Source: Vicugna vicugna (taxonomy: Eukaryota). Taken from it: 64,000 nucleotides of DNA. Below, piece by piece: positions 14,201-26,800 of the stretch. The position numbers and the translations under genes are program-made. A model generated the notes under the pieces. The model made no database searches. It was given only the letters and a program-made list of their open reading frames with translations, and was not told the origin of the DNA. The stretch's first letter is position 1. Each line of letters begins with the position of its first letter. The DNA lies in the NCBI GenBank assembly GCA_013265495.1, contig MU058423.1:3673061-3737060 (forward strand). Direction: 5' to 3'.

Positions 14201-17029
14201 AATGATGAATCTTACAGAATGGGGTGTATTGAACAAAGATGATTCTATCTAAATTTTCCTTAGCAGACTTGAGACACCGCCCTTGGGGGCATGTGTGAGC
14301 TGCCAGCTCAAATTTCAAAGCAACTAGGTGAAATGATGGGTGACATACATTTATGCTAATAGGCACAGCTCTCCCATCTTGCAGCGACCCTCCCTCAGTG
14401 AATTGCTTCTCTCTTGGGAGATGTTGAAGGGGCAGGATTCCAGCCTGGAGGAGAAGGGGAGTCCTTGGCAGCAGCCTGCTCTGTCCTGGATCAGCTGAGT
14501 GGATTCCTCTGCGGGAGAGAGAGGAGTCCGTTTCTATGACGATCCACAGTTGCTCTGCCAAGACTGCCAGCCGGAGTGCCTGGCAGTGCTAATTGCTATG
14601 CGGACATCCGTTCATTAGACTTTGACCTAGAATTACCATCATCTTTCACAAGGTAGGTGATGAATCATTGTTTTTGGCCCTTGCTTTGTCTTATTCAGCC
14701 TACGTTTGATTTGGATCAGAAATGCATTCTCTATAGGTCATTACCCATCGCAGTCAGGAAGGTTCCCAAAGGGTAACTTTTATCACAAGCTAAGGTTTTA
14801 TTGGAAACACAGTATTAGCTAACAGTCTAAGAACTCAGAGGGAACGGATTGTAACCCAGCTCTGCCACTCAGTGGCTCTGTGATCTTGAGCAAGTTGCTT
14901 GACTCCTTGAGCTACCAAGATTTCCATCCTTACAGGATTGCCATGAGGTGTGGGCAGGGATGAAGTGAAGAGAACCTCTGATGCCCGTGTTGGCATCTGG
15001 AATGAGAAAGAGCAACTACATGGCTGGATACCTAGATGGCTGGCACCTAAGTTCCACTCATTTGTAGCCAGCCACCATCTAGACCATCTGGTTCCTCCCA
15101 CCAAGGCTGCATCCTTAGTAATTCAACTCATTTCCCTTCATCCTTTACCCTCCTTGACTTTGAGAATACTGAGAAGCTGTGAAGAAATCTGTGACAACAA
15201 AATAGCGATGTGAATTCAAATTACTTCTCTCGGTGATTGGTCAAAAAGTCCATTTTATGTTTTTATATAATTCCCATTTTATACTCTAATCTTACTCCTA
15301 GAATTATAGAGAGAGTACTATAGATTTTGAGTGCTTTCTTTGGTTAGCTTGAGATGGAAACACTAGGAGGAGGTGAATTTTAGGTGTATCTAACAGAAGT
15401 AAAGCCACTGACCAAGAATTTAGTGAGCACCTAATATATGCCAGCTGCTGAGGACTGAAAGACAGTAAACACAAAAGCTGGGGCTGTGAAATATGTCCTA
15501 ATTCTATCAAGGTCACATAACAATTGCAAAGAACTAGGAGAGGTTTGAATTCCAGCATCTCTAACTCTGCAGCATTAACCTCTCTAAGCCTCCTGTTTGT
15601 AATCTGCAAAATTAGACAATGCTTGTAATGCTTAGCACAGGATTTGTGACTCCTAGTAAATAATTGCACTTAAAAAAAAATCTAAGCATCAAATGAGAAT
15701 ATTGCTTTTGGAGTTCAGGTGTGAAGCCACTGGAAATGAGAACGAACGTTTCTCCAGGGAACTTTTTAGAGTGAAGTGAGAATTCAGTACCACTAATTTC
15801 CCATGGACCATTTCCAAAGGGACAGTGTGATGGTAGAACAATTTCCAAGTGGGATTTTATTGATGTAAAAACAACTAGATATGAACAGGAAAAACATCTT
15901 TGGAAGTTTCTATATTTAAAAAACTGTAATGCAAATACCCAAATAAAGTATAAGGGTTTTTTCCCCTATGGTTATATTGTGACTTTGAATAGAACCAATT
16001 AGTCCTTACTATGTCTAACATGAACACCATTGTCTCACTGATGCCAGAGCCAACACTGCCCCAGCCATGACTCACTGGGAGCAACTGTACAAGCGAAGGG
16101 AGTTTGTCTTTCTGCATTGTCTGTTGTTACAACTTTTGATTTTTCTCTGTGATTATGGATCCTAGTCTCCTCAACGGGCACTTTCTATTGCTCCAATTCT
16201 CAAACTGCCTAAATGTTGTTTTGTTTTTGTTTTTGTTTTTGTTTTTTTTTGGTACAGCTGCTCTAAAAACACAATGATTAATCTTTCCCCAGCCCCCATT
16301 CTTTTGGCTGTAGTTCTCTGTCTCTTATACAAGGGACCAGAGCACAGTTCCTGAGAGCCCTGGGCGGGCAAGCAGGCAGCGAGGTCTCAACATGTTCGTG
16401 GTGTGGGAGGGGATTCTGTGAGCAAGTTGGCTGCCACATCTGGGGGAGGCCTGGGTGATGAAAGATGGCAGCTGTGATGATGAGAGAGGAGCCAGTTTCC
16501 GGGAGGCAGGGGCAGGCTTCTCTCTTATTCCCTCCACCTCGATCCAAATACCATTTGTGTGAATCAGCTGCCAGTTGGCCTCAAGGGACTTTGCTGCCAG
16601 ATGCTCCCCTTCCCCCCTCCCCCTTGAAGCAAGAGCCAAACCCCTTCCTGACCTCTCCACCTGCAGTGAAGTCTTCTAAGGCCACTTGGTGGTGGGGAAT
16701 GCGGGACACCAGAGCAGGCTTCTTTCTTACACTGACTGTGTACAGGACTTTGAAAGGAACTGTGAAGGGATTGGGGCTGCTCCCGGTCCCATCAGTGAGC
16801 ATTTTTGCTGGCACTTTCTCTAGCTTTGTTGAGCACTTACTGCCTGCGGGTCTCTGTGCTAAAGGCATGATACGCATCATCTCATTTATCCTCAGAACAA
16901 CCCCAGGATATGGCTGTCGTGTTCCTCTGGACTTGAAAGCTATGGCAGACTAGGCAGGATTTAAATCCAGGCTCTCTGTGCTGTATTACACTCCTTCCTA
17001 GACATTCCTTTTTGGGGAGCAAGGAGGAG

Positions 17030-17486
17030 CAAATAATTTTCATTTATTTATTTATTTTTTCCAAATACAGCAAAGAACCACTCAGTGCTGCCAACGTTGG
17101 ATGCAGTCCTGGACCACAAGTCTGCACGTTCCTTTGCAACAGTCCGGTGATGGCGGAACCTTTCATCTCACCTTTGTTGTTTACTATGACCCCTGTGTTA
17201 TCTTCAAAATAAAGAAACACACCATCTTTTCTCCTGTAGGGCTTTCATTGTCGAATGACCACTGCTGGCTGTACCTTCTTTCTGAGCTCTGGTTTGCCTT
17301 TCTTGACTGTGGCCATCATCATATCACCCACACCAGCAGCAGGCAGTCTTTTCGGTCGTCCCTTGATCCCCTTCACAGAGATGATACACAGACTTTTGGC
17401 TCCTTTGCTGTCAGTGCAGTGGATCATGGCTCCAACCGGATGACCCAGGGAAATCTGGAATTTTGCACCAGCGGACCCACCATGTC
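17030..17486 (-). pseudogene. RPL23: RPL23 (uL14) retropseudogene
   Basis: Minus strand gives [112 protein letters not shown]..., uninterrupted by introns. Lesions: CGA>TGA stop at 17245-17247, a 1-bp deletion near 17142, and the original stop mutated to TGG at 17078-17080. An A-rich 3' UTR remnant with AATAAA follows at about 17030-17077. Confidence 0.95.
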
Positions 17487-18261
17487 CTGTGGGTTGGAAG
17501 AGAAACAGGGAGTCAATGAAGGTAGAGAAACAGTCTACAAAACCCTAGAATGTGAGGCCCTGGGAGATCCTGCTCTTTGTAAGTCTGAATATGCAAATTA
17601 TAGAGGAACTGGAGGAGACCCGGGAAGGGGGTCTCTCCCTGGCCGCTGGGGGCAACGGCAGTGGAACAGAAGAGCCTCTGACGCACCTGCATGGCCCTCA
17701 GAACACTTCCATTTTCTGGAAAACCTTGCCAGTGGGGATGCTAAATCAGAAGTGACAGGAAGACTCCTGCCGTGTCCGAGCGAGTAGCCCTCAACTTCTG
17801 CACTTGCTGCCACGAATACTATCTGTCTTTCCCAGTCTCTCTGGCTGGTTGCTCCAGGGGGCTCTGCTTCGTCCATCCAATAATTCCACAGTGCCACCTC
17901 AGTGGATAAACTCCACCTTCTTCTGCTGCCCTTCCCTTAGTGCCGGTGGTGACTCAGCTGGTCCACAGCACCGCCCTCGCTCACATGACCGCCCAGCCTT
18001 GCCCACAGTGCTTCTCGGAACCTGGACTAGCACCCGAGAGAGCCTCTGTTGATGCGGGCTTGCAGAATTTTCCATTCCATGCCCAATCTTTGCCACCTGC
18101 TGCCCCCTCTCACACCATTTTGAAGCAACTTGGAAATGCTAGTGAACTTTGTGTAAAACTATAAATTTGGTGTCCAAGTTTCCCTTGTCTGTCTTGCCCT
18201 TGTGGTGGCTCTTCTGATCACTAAATTTGATTCACAGGATCACTGTGCTGCATGAACTGCA

Positions 18262-18622
18262 ATGTATTATTTAGGATTCTTTGGCTGCAAGCAACAGACC
18301 ATGCCTGGCTAACTGAACACAATGAAAATGAGGGGGAGAGTTGGAGACAGAGAGAGAGAGACTCTCTAAAGAAAGAGAAACAGAGAGGAAAAAGAGAGAG
18401 AAGGGAAGAAAACTCTAGCGGTTTCTTGTTCTTCTGTCACTCCACTCAATATTTCCTTTTCAGGAAGGAGGTGGGTCTAGCTGGACCCATACGCCCTTGT
18501 AGGACAGCTTTGTTGACCACCCACAAGACTGTGTGCCATGGAGAAGAGGACATGCCCTAAAGGAGGCGCTGGAAGAAGGGAAAGTGAGGGCTGCTCAGGC
18601 ACAGACAGCAAATGTCCACCCA
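18262..18622. mobile_element. Probable MaLR (MLT1-type) solo LTR
   Basis: Starts TGTATTATTTAGGATTCTTTGGCTGCAAGCAACAGA and ends ...CAGCAAATGTCCACC, resembling MLT1 termini. Confidence 0.5.
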
Positions 18623-20330
18623 AGGGAAGTGGAGGTAACTTCGTCACCTGAAGCATTTCTAGACATCACTGTGAAACCTTTGCTTTGTAAGTTAGTTTCT
18701 TTCTTTAGTTTAGTTTCTTTATAGCCTAGAGTTTAACTTGGACAGTGACTATAAACAAGTGTCTCTAAATATAAAATTTGCCAATGCGTTATGATTTTTA
18801 CTCAGATTTTAATATTTGGAGATTTGAAGATGGCTGGTGGAACCGTTCATGGTCACCTGTGTGCTGCTATGTGCACGACAGAGCAGGACATGTAGGAACC
18901 TGTAGCTCCAGGGCCGTGCACTGAGGGTTTTTGGATCCTGTCAGTTTGGGCAGCTTTAAGATGGTTTACACTGACACACTGAAGCTTGAGCCTCCACGTC
19001 TCTCAGGAGTGCCCACACACCTTCTCACTGCATGAGTAATTTTGCCATGGGCAAAAAAGGCCTGGTGCTAAAAAAATAAACTAGGTGACCGCCCTTCCTG
19101 AAGTCTCTCCCTGGATCCTGGCCGTGGGCCTCACTGTCTCCGCTATCACGTGGTCCTGCGTTCCCAAGTTAGTTTTATACAAAGGTCTTTGTAACAGTTC
19201 GTGTGTTCAGCATTCTTCCTTCAAGAAGTCAGGCATGGTCAAGGTCCTGTGAACAGTCTGCAGTCAGAGGGTTCCTCTGAGATGGCTGTGGAATCGCGTT
19301 CTAACACGGTTCCTTAGGAAATAAAATTCAGCATAAATGCTGAATTCTACTAAGGGGTGTCCTTGGCAGGATGTCAAAAGAATCTCATTCTAGGTGGCTT
19401 CACCTGTCAAGCGTGGGCTTTGAGGACAGCCTTCTTGTGAGGCTCTGGGTTCCTCCGTGGTCCTTTTACAGTCAGTCCCTGTCTGCCTTCTATCCTCATC
19501 TCGGACCATAAGCTCCCCACAATTCTTTCCCCTCACTTCATACACACAGTATATTGGCCCTTCCACAAAACTTACTGGCCTCTGAGTCTGTGGTACCCTT
19601 AGGCCCCTGAGTTTTGGTATGATCTGTCCACCTACTTTCCCATCAAGAAGACAGCTTCTCTCCCCACATCTTCAGCCACCCGACCCTGGCCAGCCGGTCC
19701 CTCCCTCCCCCTGTGCTCCTGCAGCAATCTGAATTGCCCTCCACCCTGGTGCCCCTTTGTTTATAATCACGCCTTTGAGCTGTCTCCCCTACTAGACAAT
19801 CGGCCTTGGCACATAACAGATGCTCAGTGAATCTGAATGATCATGATGGGAGTAGCTCAGGCAAAATACAGTCAGCGTGAATTCATGGAGGTCATAAAGG
19901 AGCCGAAGTAATTGTCAGAACTGAAAACTTGATGACAGTATCGAATTGAAAAGTTGTGTTGACTGTGAAGGGTCTCATGTGTCCTGTCCTTTTTTCTTTT
20001 GCTAATAAGTGATATTTATTAAGAGCTCTCTTGCAGGAGCTATGGTTGGAGGCTGAGAAACTGGTGGGACAGGCCCCAGCCATTGGTGCTATGGGAGTCG
20101 GGTCTGTTATGGCTAAAATCACAAGGTACCATTAGAGGAAGTGAGCAATACGTTGTGCTTCCCACCTGGCTGCTTGGAGCTAACCTTCCACTGTGTGATT
20201 TACTACTCTGCTAGTGAAAGGAAAGAGTTTTTAGGGAAAGAAAGCCCCTAAAAACTTGTTAGACACAGAGAGCTCATCTTGTGAAAATGCAGATGGTTTT
20301 TATGTTAGCGTTACATCTTGAAAACTGCTT

Positions 20331-20835
20331 TGTGTGTATGTGTGTGTGTGTGTTATTTTTTTACTTTTTGTTATTAAATTATAGTCAGTTACAATGTGTT
20401 AATTTCTGATGTACAGCATAGTGATTCCATTATACACAGATATATATTTCTTTTCATGTTCTTTTTCATTATAGGCCATTATAAGGTATTGAATATAGTT
20501 CCTTGTGCCCTACAGCAGGGCCTTGTTGTTTTATCTGTTTTATATGTAATAGTTAGTATCTGCAAATCTCAAACTCCCAATTTATCCCTCCACCCCCCTT
20601 CCCCCACTGGTGACCATAAGTTTGTGTTCTATGTCTGTGAATCTGTTTCCGTTTTGTAAATAAGTTTGTCTTTTTTTTTTAGATTCCACCACATAGAAGT
20701 GTTATCATACGGTATTTTAACAAATATTTGTTATTATTTTTAGTGGAGGTCCTGGGGATTGAACCCAGAACCTATGTGTATGCTTACCATGTGTTGTACC
20801 ACTGAGCCATACCCACCCACCCATCACATAGTATT
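20331..20835 (-). mobile_element. L1 3' fragment with a (TG)n-converted tail and a nested SINE
   Basis: L1 3' UTR motifs at 20380-20718. Outer TSD TTGAAAACTGCTT at 20318-20330 and 20836-20848. Confidence 0.85.
20719..20822 (-). mobile_element. tRNA-derived SINE (Vic-1-like)
   Basis: Reverse complement reads GGGTGGGTATGGCTCAGTGGTACAAC...GGTTCTGGGTTCAATCCCCAGGACCTCC plus an A-rich tail. A and B boxes are visible. Confidence 0.8.
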
Positions 20836-22939
20836 TTGAAAACTGCTTCTTGAAGTTTATTTGAAAACCTTAGCTTCAACTGACTAAACTTTGGTACCCT
20901 AAAGAAGGAAACGGAGCGTGAGTTTTGGATTTTGTATAGTGCAAGGGAATTCAGAGCCGTGTTTATCTCTGATTCTGACATTTCTACATATAACCTTTTA
21001 GCAGTATATTTATTTTGTCATCCTCATTTTTAAAATGTAATAATTTTTAAAGCACTAAACCATTCCATTAAAAAATAATCACAGACTGATTATATTTGCA
21101 AAGTTATAAAGTACTCCTATTTTATTTTTTCAAGTGCCAATTTTCAAATAAATATTCCCGAGATGTTAGCTGACATATCCCTGTCCCTCATTAAGCCAGA
21201 TAATACAAATTACCCTCCTATGGCCGAAGATTTTCATGGTCTTTGAGAGTCCAGAGATTTCTTTAGGATGTTTGAAATTTTCAGAGAGCTTATTTCCTCT
21301 TGGCCATTCTGTCTAAGTCAATCTGATATGACCCTAAATCAACTAGGTTCAAGCTCTCTCACGGGTTCCCATTTTGGTGCAGAAATTCCCCTTACCAACA
21401 AATATTTGAGTGACAGAAGGCTTTGTTATTTATCATCTAATCACACAGGCTCTGCCCTCAGACTTTTAATCATTCTCCCTCTTTTAGTCCTTCTCTCCCC
21501 AATCTTTGTCCTTTTAGGGTCTTAACGTCTACTTCAAATGAGCTTGTCAAAAAAGTCTTCTCAAAACGGCAGGTTTGCCTTGGCACCGCCCTCAGACGTG
21601 GGCAGAAGAGGCCCCTGCCTTGGGCGCTGTGCTGTAGAAGGCCCAGCCTGGGTCTGCTCTCCACACCTCAGACCCCAACACATACGCTTCCAAAACAAGA
21701 ATTCCCACTGGGAATTCCTGCTGGGAATCTGTGCCCCTTTCTTTTACACTGTGCTTCTGGTCCCTGAGATCCACAGATTTCCTCTGTGACGCCCTCCAGC
21801 CTGCTTCCCGAGCCCCACGCAGGGCTCTGCCCCTCGTCCCTCCTCTCTCCCTGAGGGCTGTCATGCTGCTGGAGTGCCCTCTCCCAGACCTGATGGATGG
21901 CCGAGGGGCAGCAGGCGTGGGCAGAGTTGGAGACAGAACTTAGGTGTCCACCTGCACGGGAGTGAGTCCTCGGTGAGGTGGGACAGAGCCAGGGACGTGA
22001 GGAGAAGGAGAAGTGGACCACAGGCTGTGGGCCGTGGACGGGGACCAGGCTGATCTCTCGGTACCTCCATGTTTTGTCTGAGAGTTCTCAATTCTGCCCT
22101 GACTCTCAGAGCACCATGAAGGTGCATTTATCAAGATGGACGTGTGCAACATGTTTTATTCAACAGTTTGTTAGTTTGATTTATAACTTTTAAATATTTA
22201 GATATATGATGCGTGGCTTCCATTTGGACTCTTTCTCCAGGCTGGCCTGTTCTACTTCAAAAGTATTTTCCTTCTAGTTGGCTATACAGTCTTTTTTTCC
22301 ATTTCATGATATGTGGGTTTGCTTAAAGCAGGATACCCTTGGATCTAAGAGCAAGATGGAGTGGTTATAAATAACCAAAGTGTCTTGATGCAGGTGAGCT
22401 AATTGTGTTTCCAAACAACTTATTGACTTATTCACATGCATTAAAAATACAAAATACAACTATCAGTATATATCATATTAAATGAATCAAGAGAGTTTAT
22501 GAAATGAATAATAGATTACATAAATATGAGAAAACCTTAATAGAGCGCTAAGTGAAAAAATGCTCTAAAATAGTGTGTACAGGAAATTAGCACTTAAAAA
22601 ATAGTACATATATCATTAAAAAATTGCAAAACTGCACACCAAAGTGTCTTTTGGAGATGGAATTCCTGGTTATTTTATATTATATATAAATTTTTTAACT
22701 CCCTGGATTGATTATATATTACTTTTATAAAATAAGACTTAAATAATTATACAGAAGAAAAATATTTGAGAGCTACAGTCGTGAAAAGACACAGTTGGGT
22801 TCTTTTCATTCTAGGACAATAAGATGGTTATAATTTGTTCTATGTCCCACTCAAAGAAAATCTTTTAACAGGCTCAGATCTGTAGTGCCTGGGAAGTTTC
22901 TGCTGAGTTTATATAGTTTACTTGTAACTTAATTTCAGT

Positions 22940-23815
22940 TTTTTCTTTTTTTAAATTGAAGTATAGTTGATTCACAGTGTTGTGTTAGTTTCAGGTGTAC
23001 AGCAAAGTGATTCAGTTATACATATGTATATATATGTACATATATATATTCTTTTTCATATTCTTTTCTGTTATAAGTTATTATAAGATATCAGATATAG
23101 TTCCCTGTGCTATACAGTAGAAACTTGTTTATCTATTTTATATATAATAGTTTGTATATGTTTAATCTCAAATTCCTAATTTATCCCTCCTCCCTTTCCC
23201 TTTGGTAGCCATAGTTTGTTTTCTATGTCTGTGAGCCTATTTCTAGTTTGTAGATAAGTTCATTTGTATCTTTGTTTTTTTAGATTCTGCATAGACATGA
23301 TATCATATGATATTTGTCTGTCTGATTTATTTCACTTAGTATGATAATCTTCTCTTAGTATGATAATCAGTATGATTATGGGGTCTACCCATGTTGCTGA
23401 AAATGTCATAATTTCATTCTTTATTATGGTTGAGTAATAGTCCATTGTATATTTATACTACATCTTGTTTATCTATTCGTCTGTTGGTGGACATTTAGAC
23501 TGTTTCCATGTCATGGTTATTATAAATAGTGCTGCTATGAACATTGAGGTGCACGTATCTTTTTGAATTAGTTTTCTCTGGATATATGCCCAGGAGCGGG
23601 ATTACTGGATCATATGGTGAGTCTATTTTTAATTTTTAAGGAACCTCCATACTGTCCTCATAGTGGCTGCACCAATTTACATTCCCACCAACAGCGTAGG
23701 AGGGTTCCTTTTTCTCCACACCTCCTCTGGTATTTATTATTTGTAGACTTTTTAATGATTGCTGTTCTGACTGATGTGAGATGATACCTCATTGTAGCTT
23801 TGATTTGCATTTCTC
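22940..23815 (-). mobile_element. 5'-truncated L1
   Basis: Same 3' UTR/ORF2-end sequence as the 8947 copy (GTGCTGCTATGAACATTG...CATTCCCACCAACAG...GATACCTCATTGTAG). Confidence 0.9.
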
Positions 23816-26800
23816 CTTAATTTTAATACTAAGGAAAGTCAAAGGATCAAATTAACACACACTGATGGAATAAAGGAAGATACTCATTTTAACTGGCCCT
23901 CCTGTGTTGGGATATTTGCTTGTTTCTTTTGAATATACATTAGTAGACCTGGTGAATTTCACATATAATAAAAGAGTAGCAAAAGTTCCTCCATATCTTA
24001 TTCATTAAATGAAATAGTGGAACATTTTCAGATAGACAATCTTTTCTAATTGTTACACAGATTTTCCTAAAACTTGGACAAAGTTTATAAAGATTTGGTT
24101 TACTGAGAGAGTTCGATATTTCACAGACCCGCTAGCCTTTGCATGAGTCGTTAGCATAAACAGATAGTTCATCAGCGTTCTCTTGTTTGTGTTAAGGGGA
24201 TTAAAATGCTTATGTTTTAAATTTCTTGACTAATTGTCCCTATAAACTCCTACTAGAGTTCATGTGGTTGTATAAACTGGGGACATTTTCAGCCATTATA
24301 TTTTATTGGCTAAAGAATCTTTTACAACTTGGATTTTCTATCAACATAAAGGCTTTGGTTCCAAAAAGCGCCTGAAAAGTTATCAAGCCAGATGCTTTCC
24401 TTAATCTACTCACACATGGGAGAGCCAATTAACTCATTAGTGTATTAATGTTGCTTATTCATAGAAAAATATTTCCAAACTTCTTGAATTATTGCAGCAT
24501 TTAAAACTCTCAGTACTTCTCGTTTGAGCAAGCTCTTAGTGAATATTTTTTATGTGCCCATCATGTGCCCAAGCTAGAAGAGCCGGAAGGTGTGGTGGGC
24601 ATAAGGGAACAGGAATTATGAGGAAAAACAGGAATGACGGCATGTGTCGTGGGCTGATCTTGGGTTCTGACATCAGACAGACCTGGGTTTAAATTCCGGC
24701 TCTGTGACTTACTGGCTTGGTCATGCGACAATGGGAAATCTATTTAATCACCATAAGCTCCAATAAAAAGCTTAATAGAATCTACCTTCCAGAGTAGTCG
24801 TGACCATAATGCATGTAAGTGCCTGGCCCGCGGTTGTAGTAAGCCAGGGCAGAGGAACAGAGTGAGATGCGACAGGAATGCAGTCATGGGAGGGAAAGGA
24901 CTGTCAAGCGGACGACAGTTCCCAGTGGGGTTTCAAAGACCCGATGTATTCTAAAGACCTTTATTTAAATAACCTTCAACTTTCCTTTTAGGGGATGACT
25001 AGTTTTTGCTCTTTAGTCTTTCCTTGTAATCATCACTTTCCAACCCTTTAATCATCATCATGGGTTTCCCCTGTAGTTTCAAACGTCTCTCTGGTTGTGG
25101 ATACAGAGAGAGTGGCATCACTCCTGCTCTCCTCTTCTCTTTATATAGTTAGTCAAGAGAAAGAGAAGTGAGTAGCAGAACACAGTTTAAATATACATGT
25201 CTAGATATATGTTCCTGAACAAGTATGCTGCAGGGAGCTGGTGTCATCGTGGTTGCAAACACTTTTAGAATTTCTACTGTGTGCCTGGCACTGTTCCAGG
25301 CGCTTTGCACATACTAACTTGTTGCCCTTCCCGCAGCTCAGTCCAGTAGGTATTAATGTACCCCTGGTCTGTAGACCAAAGTACAGAGAGGTTGTGTAAC
25401 ACATCCAAAGTTACAGGACTAGTGAGTGGCAGACCCAGGAACTGAAATCTAGGCAATCTGACTTCAGCAAAGGCCCTTGTAACCACTCTGCTCTGCCTCC
25501 TCACACTAGTGGAAGACAGCAGGTCTTGAGTCCTTGAATAAAGAATTTGGAAAATATGTAGGAGTTATTTGGCAGGTTAGGTTTGGGAGTAGGAATGGAG
25601 TCATTTCAAGATGACAGACCATGGCAAATGAAAGGCTGATGGTGAGATGAGTCAATATCTCTGGTGTATTGAAGAATGAGATTGGACTCATGAGTTGAAG
25701 CCAAATTATCTCTCAAAATGTATCATAGTATAGTCTCTTATGAAGAATCTCTAATTGGATGGGCTGTAGGGAACCCCTGAAGATTCATAGTTAGGAAAGA
25801 TGATGAGAAGTGGGTACATACCGTGTGGAATGAATTAACAAGGTTATGGAGCATGCCTAAGAGGATAAGGTCCAAGTAGAATGAAATACCTAACCAACCA
25901 AACAAAAGGTGCTTGATGACAGTTTAGATGAAACCAATGTAGTTAAATCTCACAGTTTTGATTCTGATGGACCGGGAGACAATGTGGGTGCCTTTAGAAT
26001 CAGAATTTTGAATTAGAAGGCACTTTAGAAATAATGTAGTCCAATTCACTTAGTAAGCAGGTCAAGGAAAACCAAGCCCCAGGAGATTGTCTCAGGTCAC
26101 ATGGGCAGACGTAGAGGAGTTAGGGCTAGAATCCCTGTTCTGTGCCCTTGGTCTAGACCATTACCATGGCATCAATCTTCTATAGAATGGCTGACACTTG
26201 CTAGAATTTACAACATTGCTTTAGTAAGTGGGTGCTATGAGGACAGTGTGTATGTGAGGCACACAAAGCATCAATTTGGACCATCCTTCTTACAGTCATG
26301 ACCAGCTGTGTGTCTTAAATGAGAAATTAAGGGGAGGAGTCATTTTGGGAGAAACTTACCAGATGATTTCCTGAAGGGAAAAGCAGAAGTAGGGTACCAA
26401 TGATGATTCTGTACCATCAGTTTCTCTGAATGTAGAAAAAGAATGTCAACTGTGTTCAAGTTTGTTCTCTGGTATTAGCAGATTTGGATGAATATTGATT
26501 GAAAGCAGTTTATATTGAAGGAGGAGTATTTTGCTTTTTATTTTCAGAGATTCAGAACTTTAAATATTATGCATGCAATTTTATTAAGACTGTACACTTA
26601 TTTTATTAAGAATTGGTAATTATTCACCTAGAAACTGTACAAAATTCACTTTTATTTAGAGACTACGTCAACAAATGATTTTCTGTATATCCTGATAATT
26701 CTTTATAACCCTTTGTTGAATTTCTCATACACTTCATCTTCAGAGATAATTAGGTAGAGTTGGAGGATAGCAGTGTGTAATTTGATACTACAGGATTAAT

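Noticed and set aside
14143..14214. Repeat-spacer-repeat arrangement resembling a minimal CRISPR unit
   Set aside because: There are only two repeats, the context is mammalian, and there are no cas genes. TSD plus half-tRNA insertion explains it.
17245..17427. 60-aa RPL23-like ORF as a functional gene
   Set aside because: It is an internal fragment bounded by a mutation-derived ATG and a premature stop, with many substitutions in a normally near-invariant protein and a downstream frameshift.
17101..17787. 228-aa plus-strand ORF
   Set aside because: It is the antisense shadow of the RPL23 pseudogene plus flank, and resembles no protein I recognise.
18105..18140. Possible decayed RPL23 exon 1 (minus strand TTCAAAATGG...)
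   Set aside because: Similarity is limited to a few bases around an ATG, and the following codons do not match MSKR. Too weak without an alignment.
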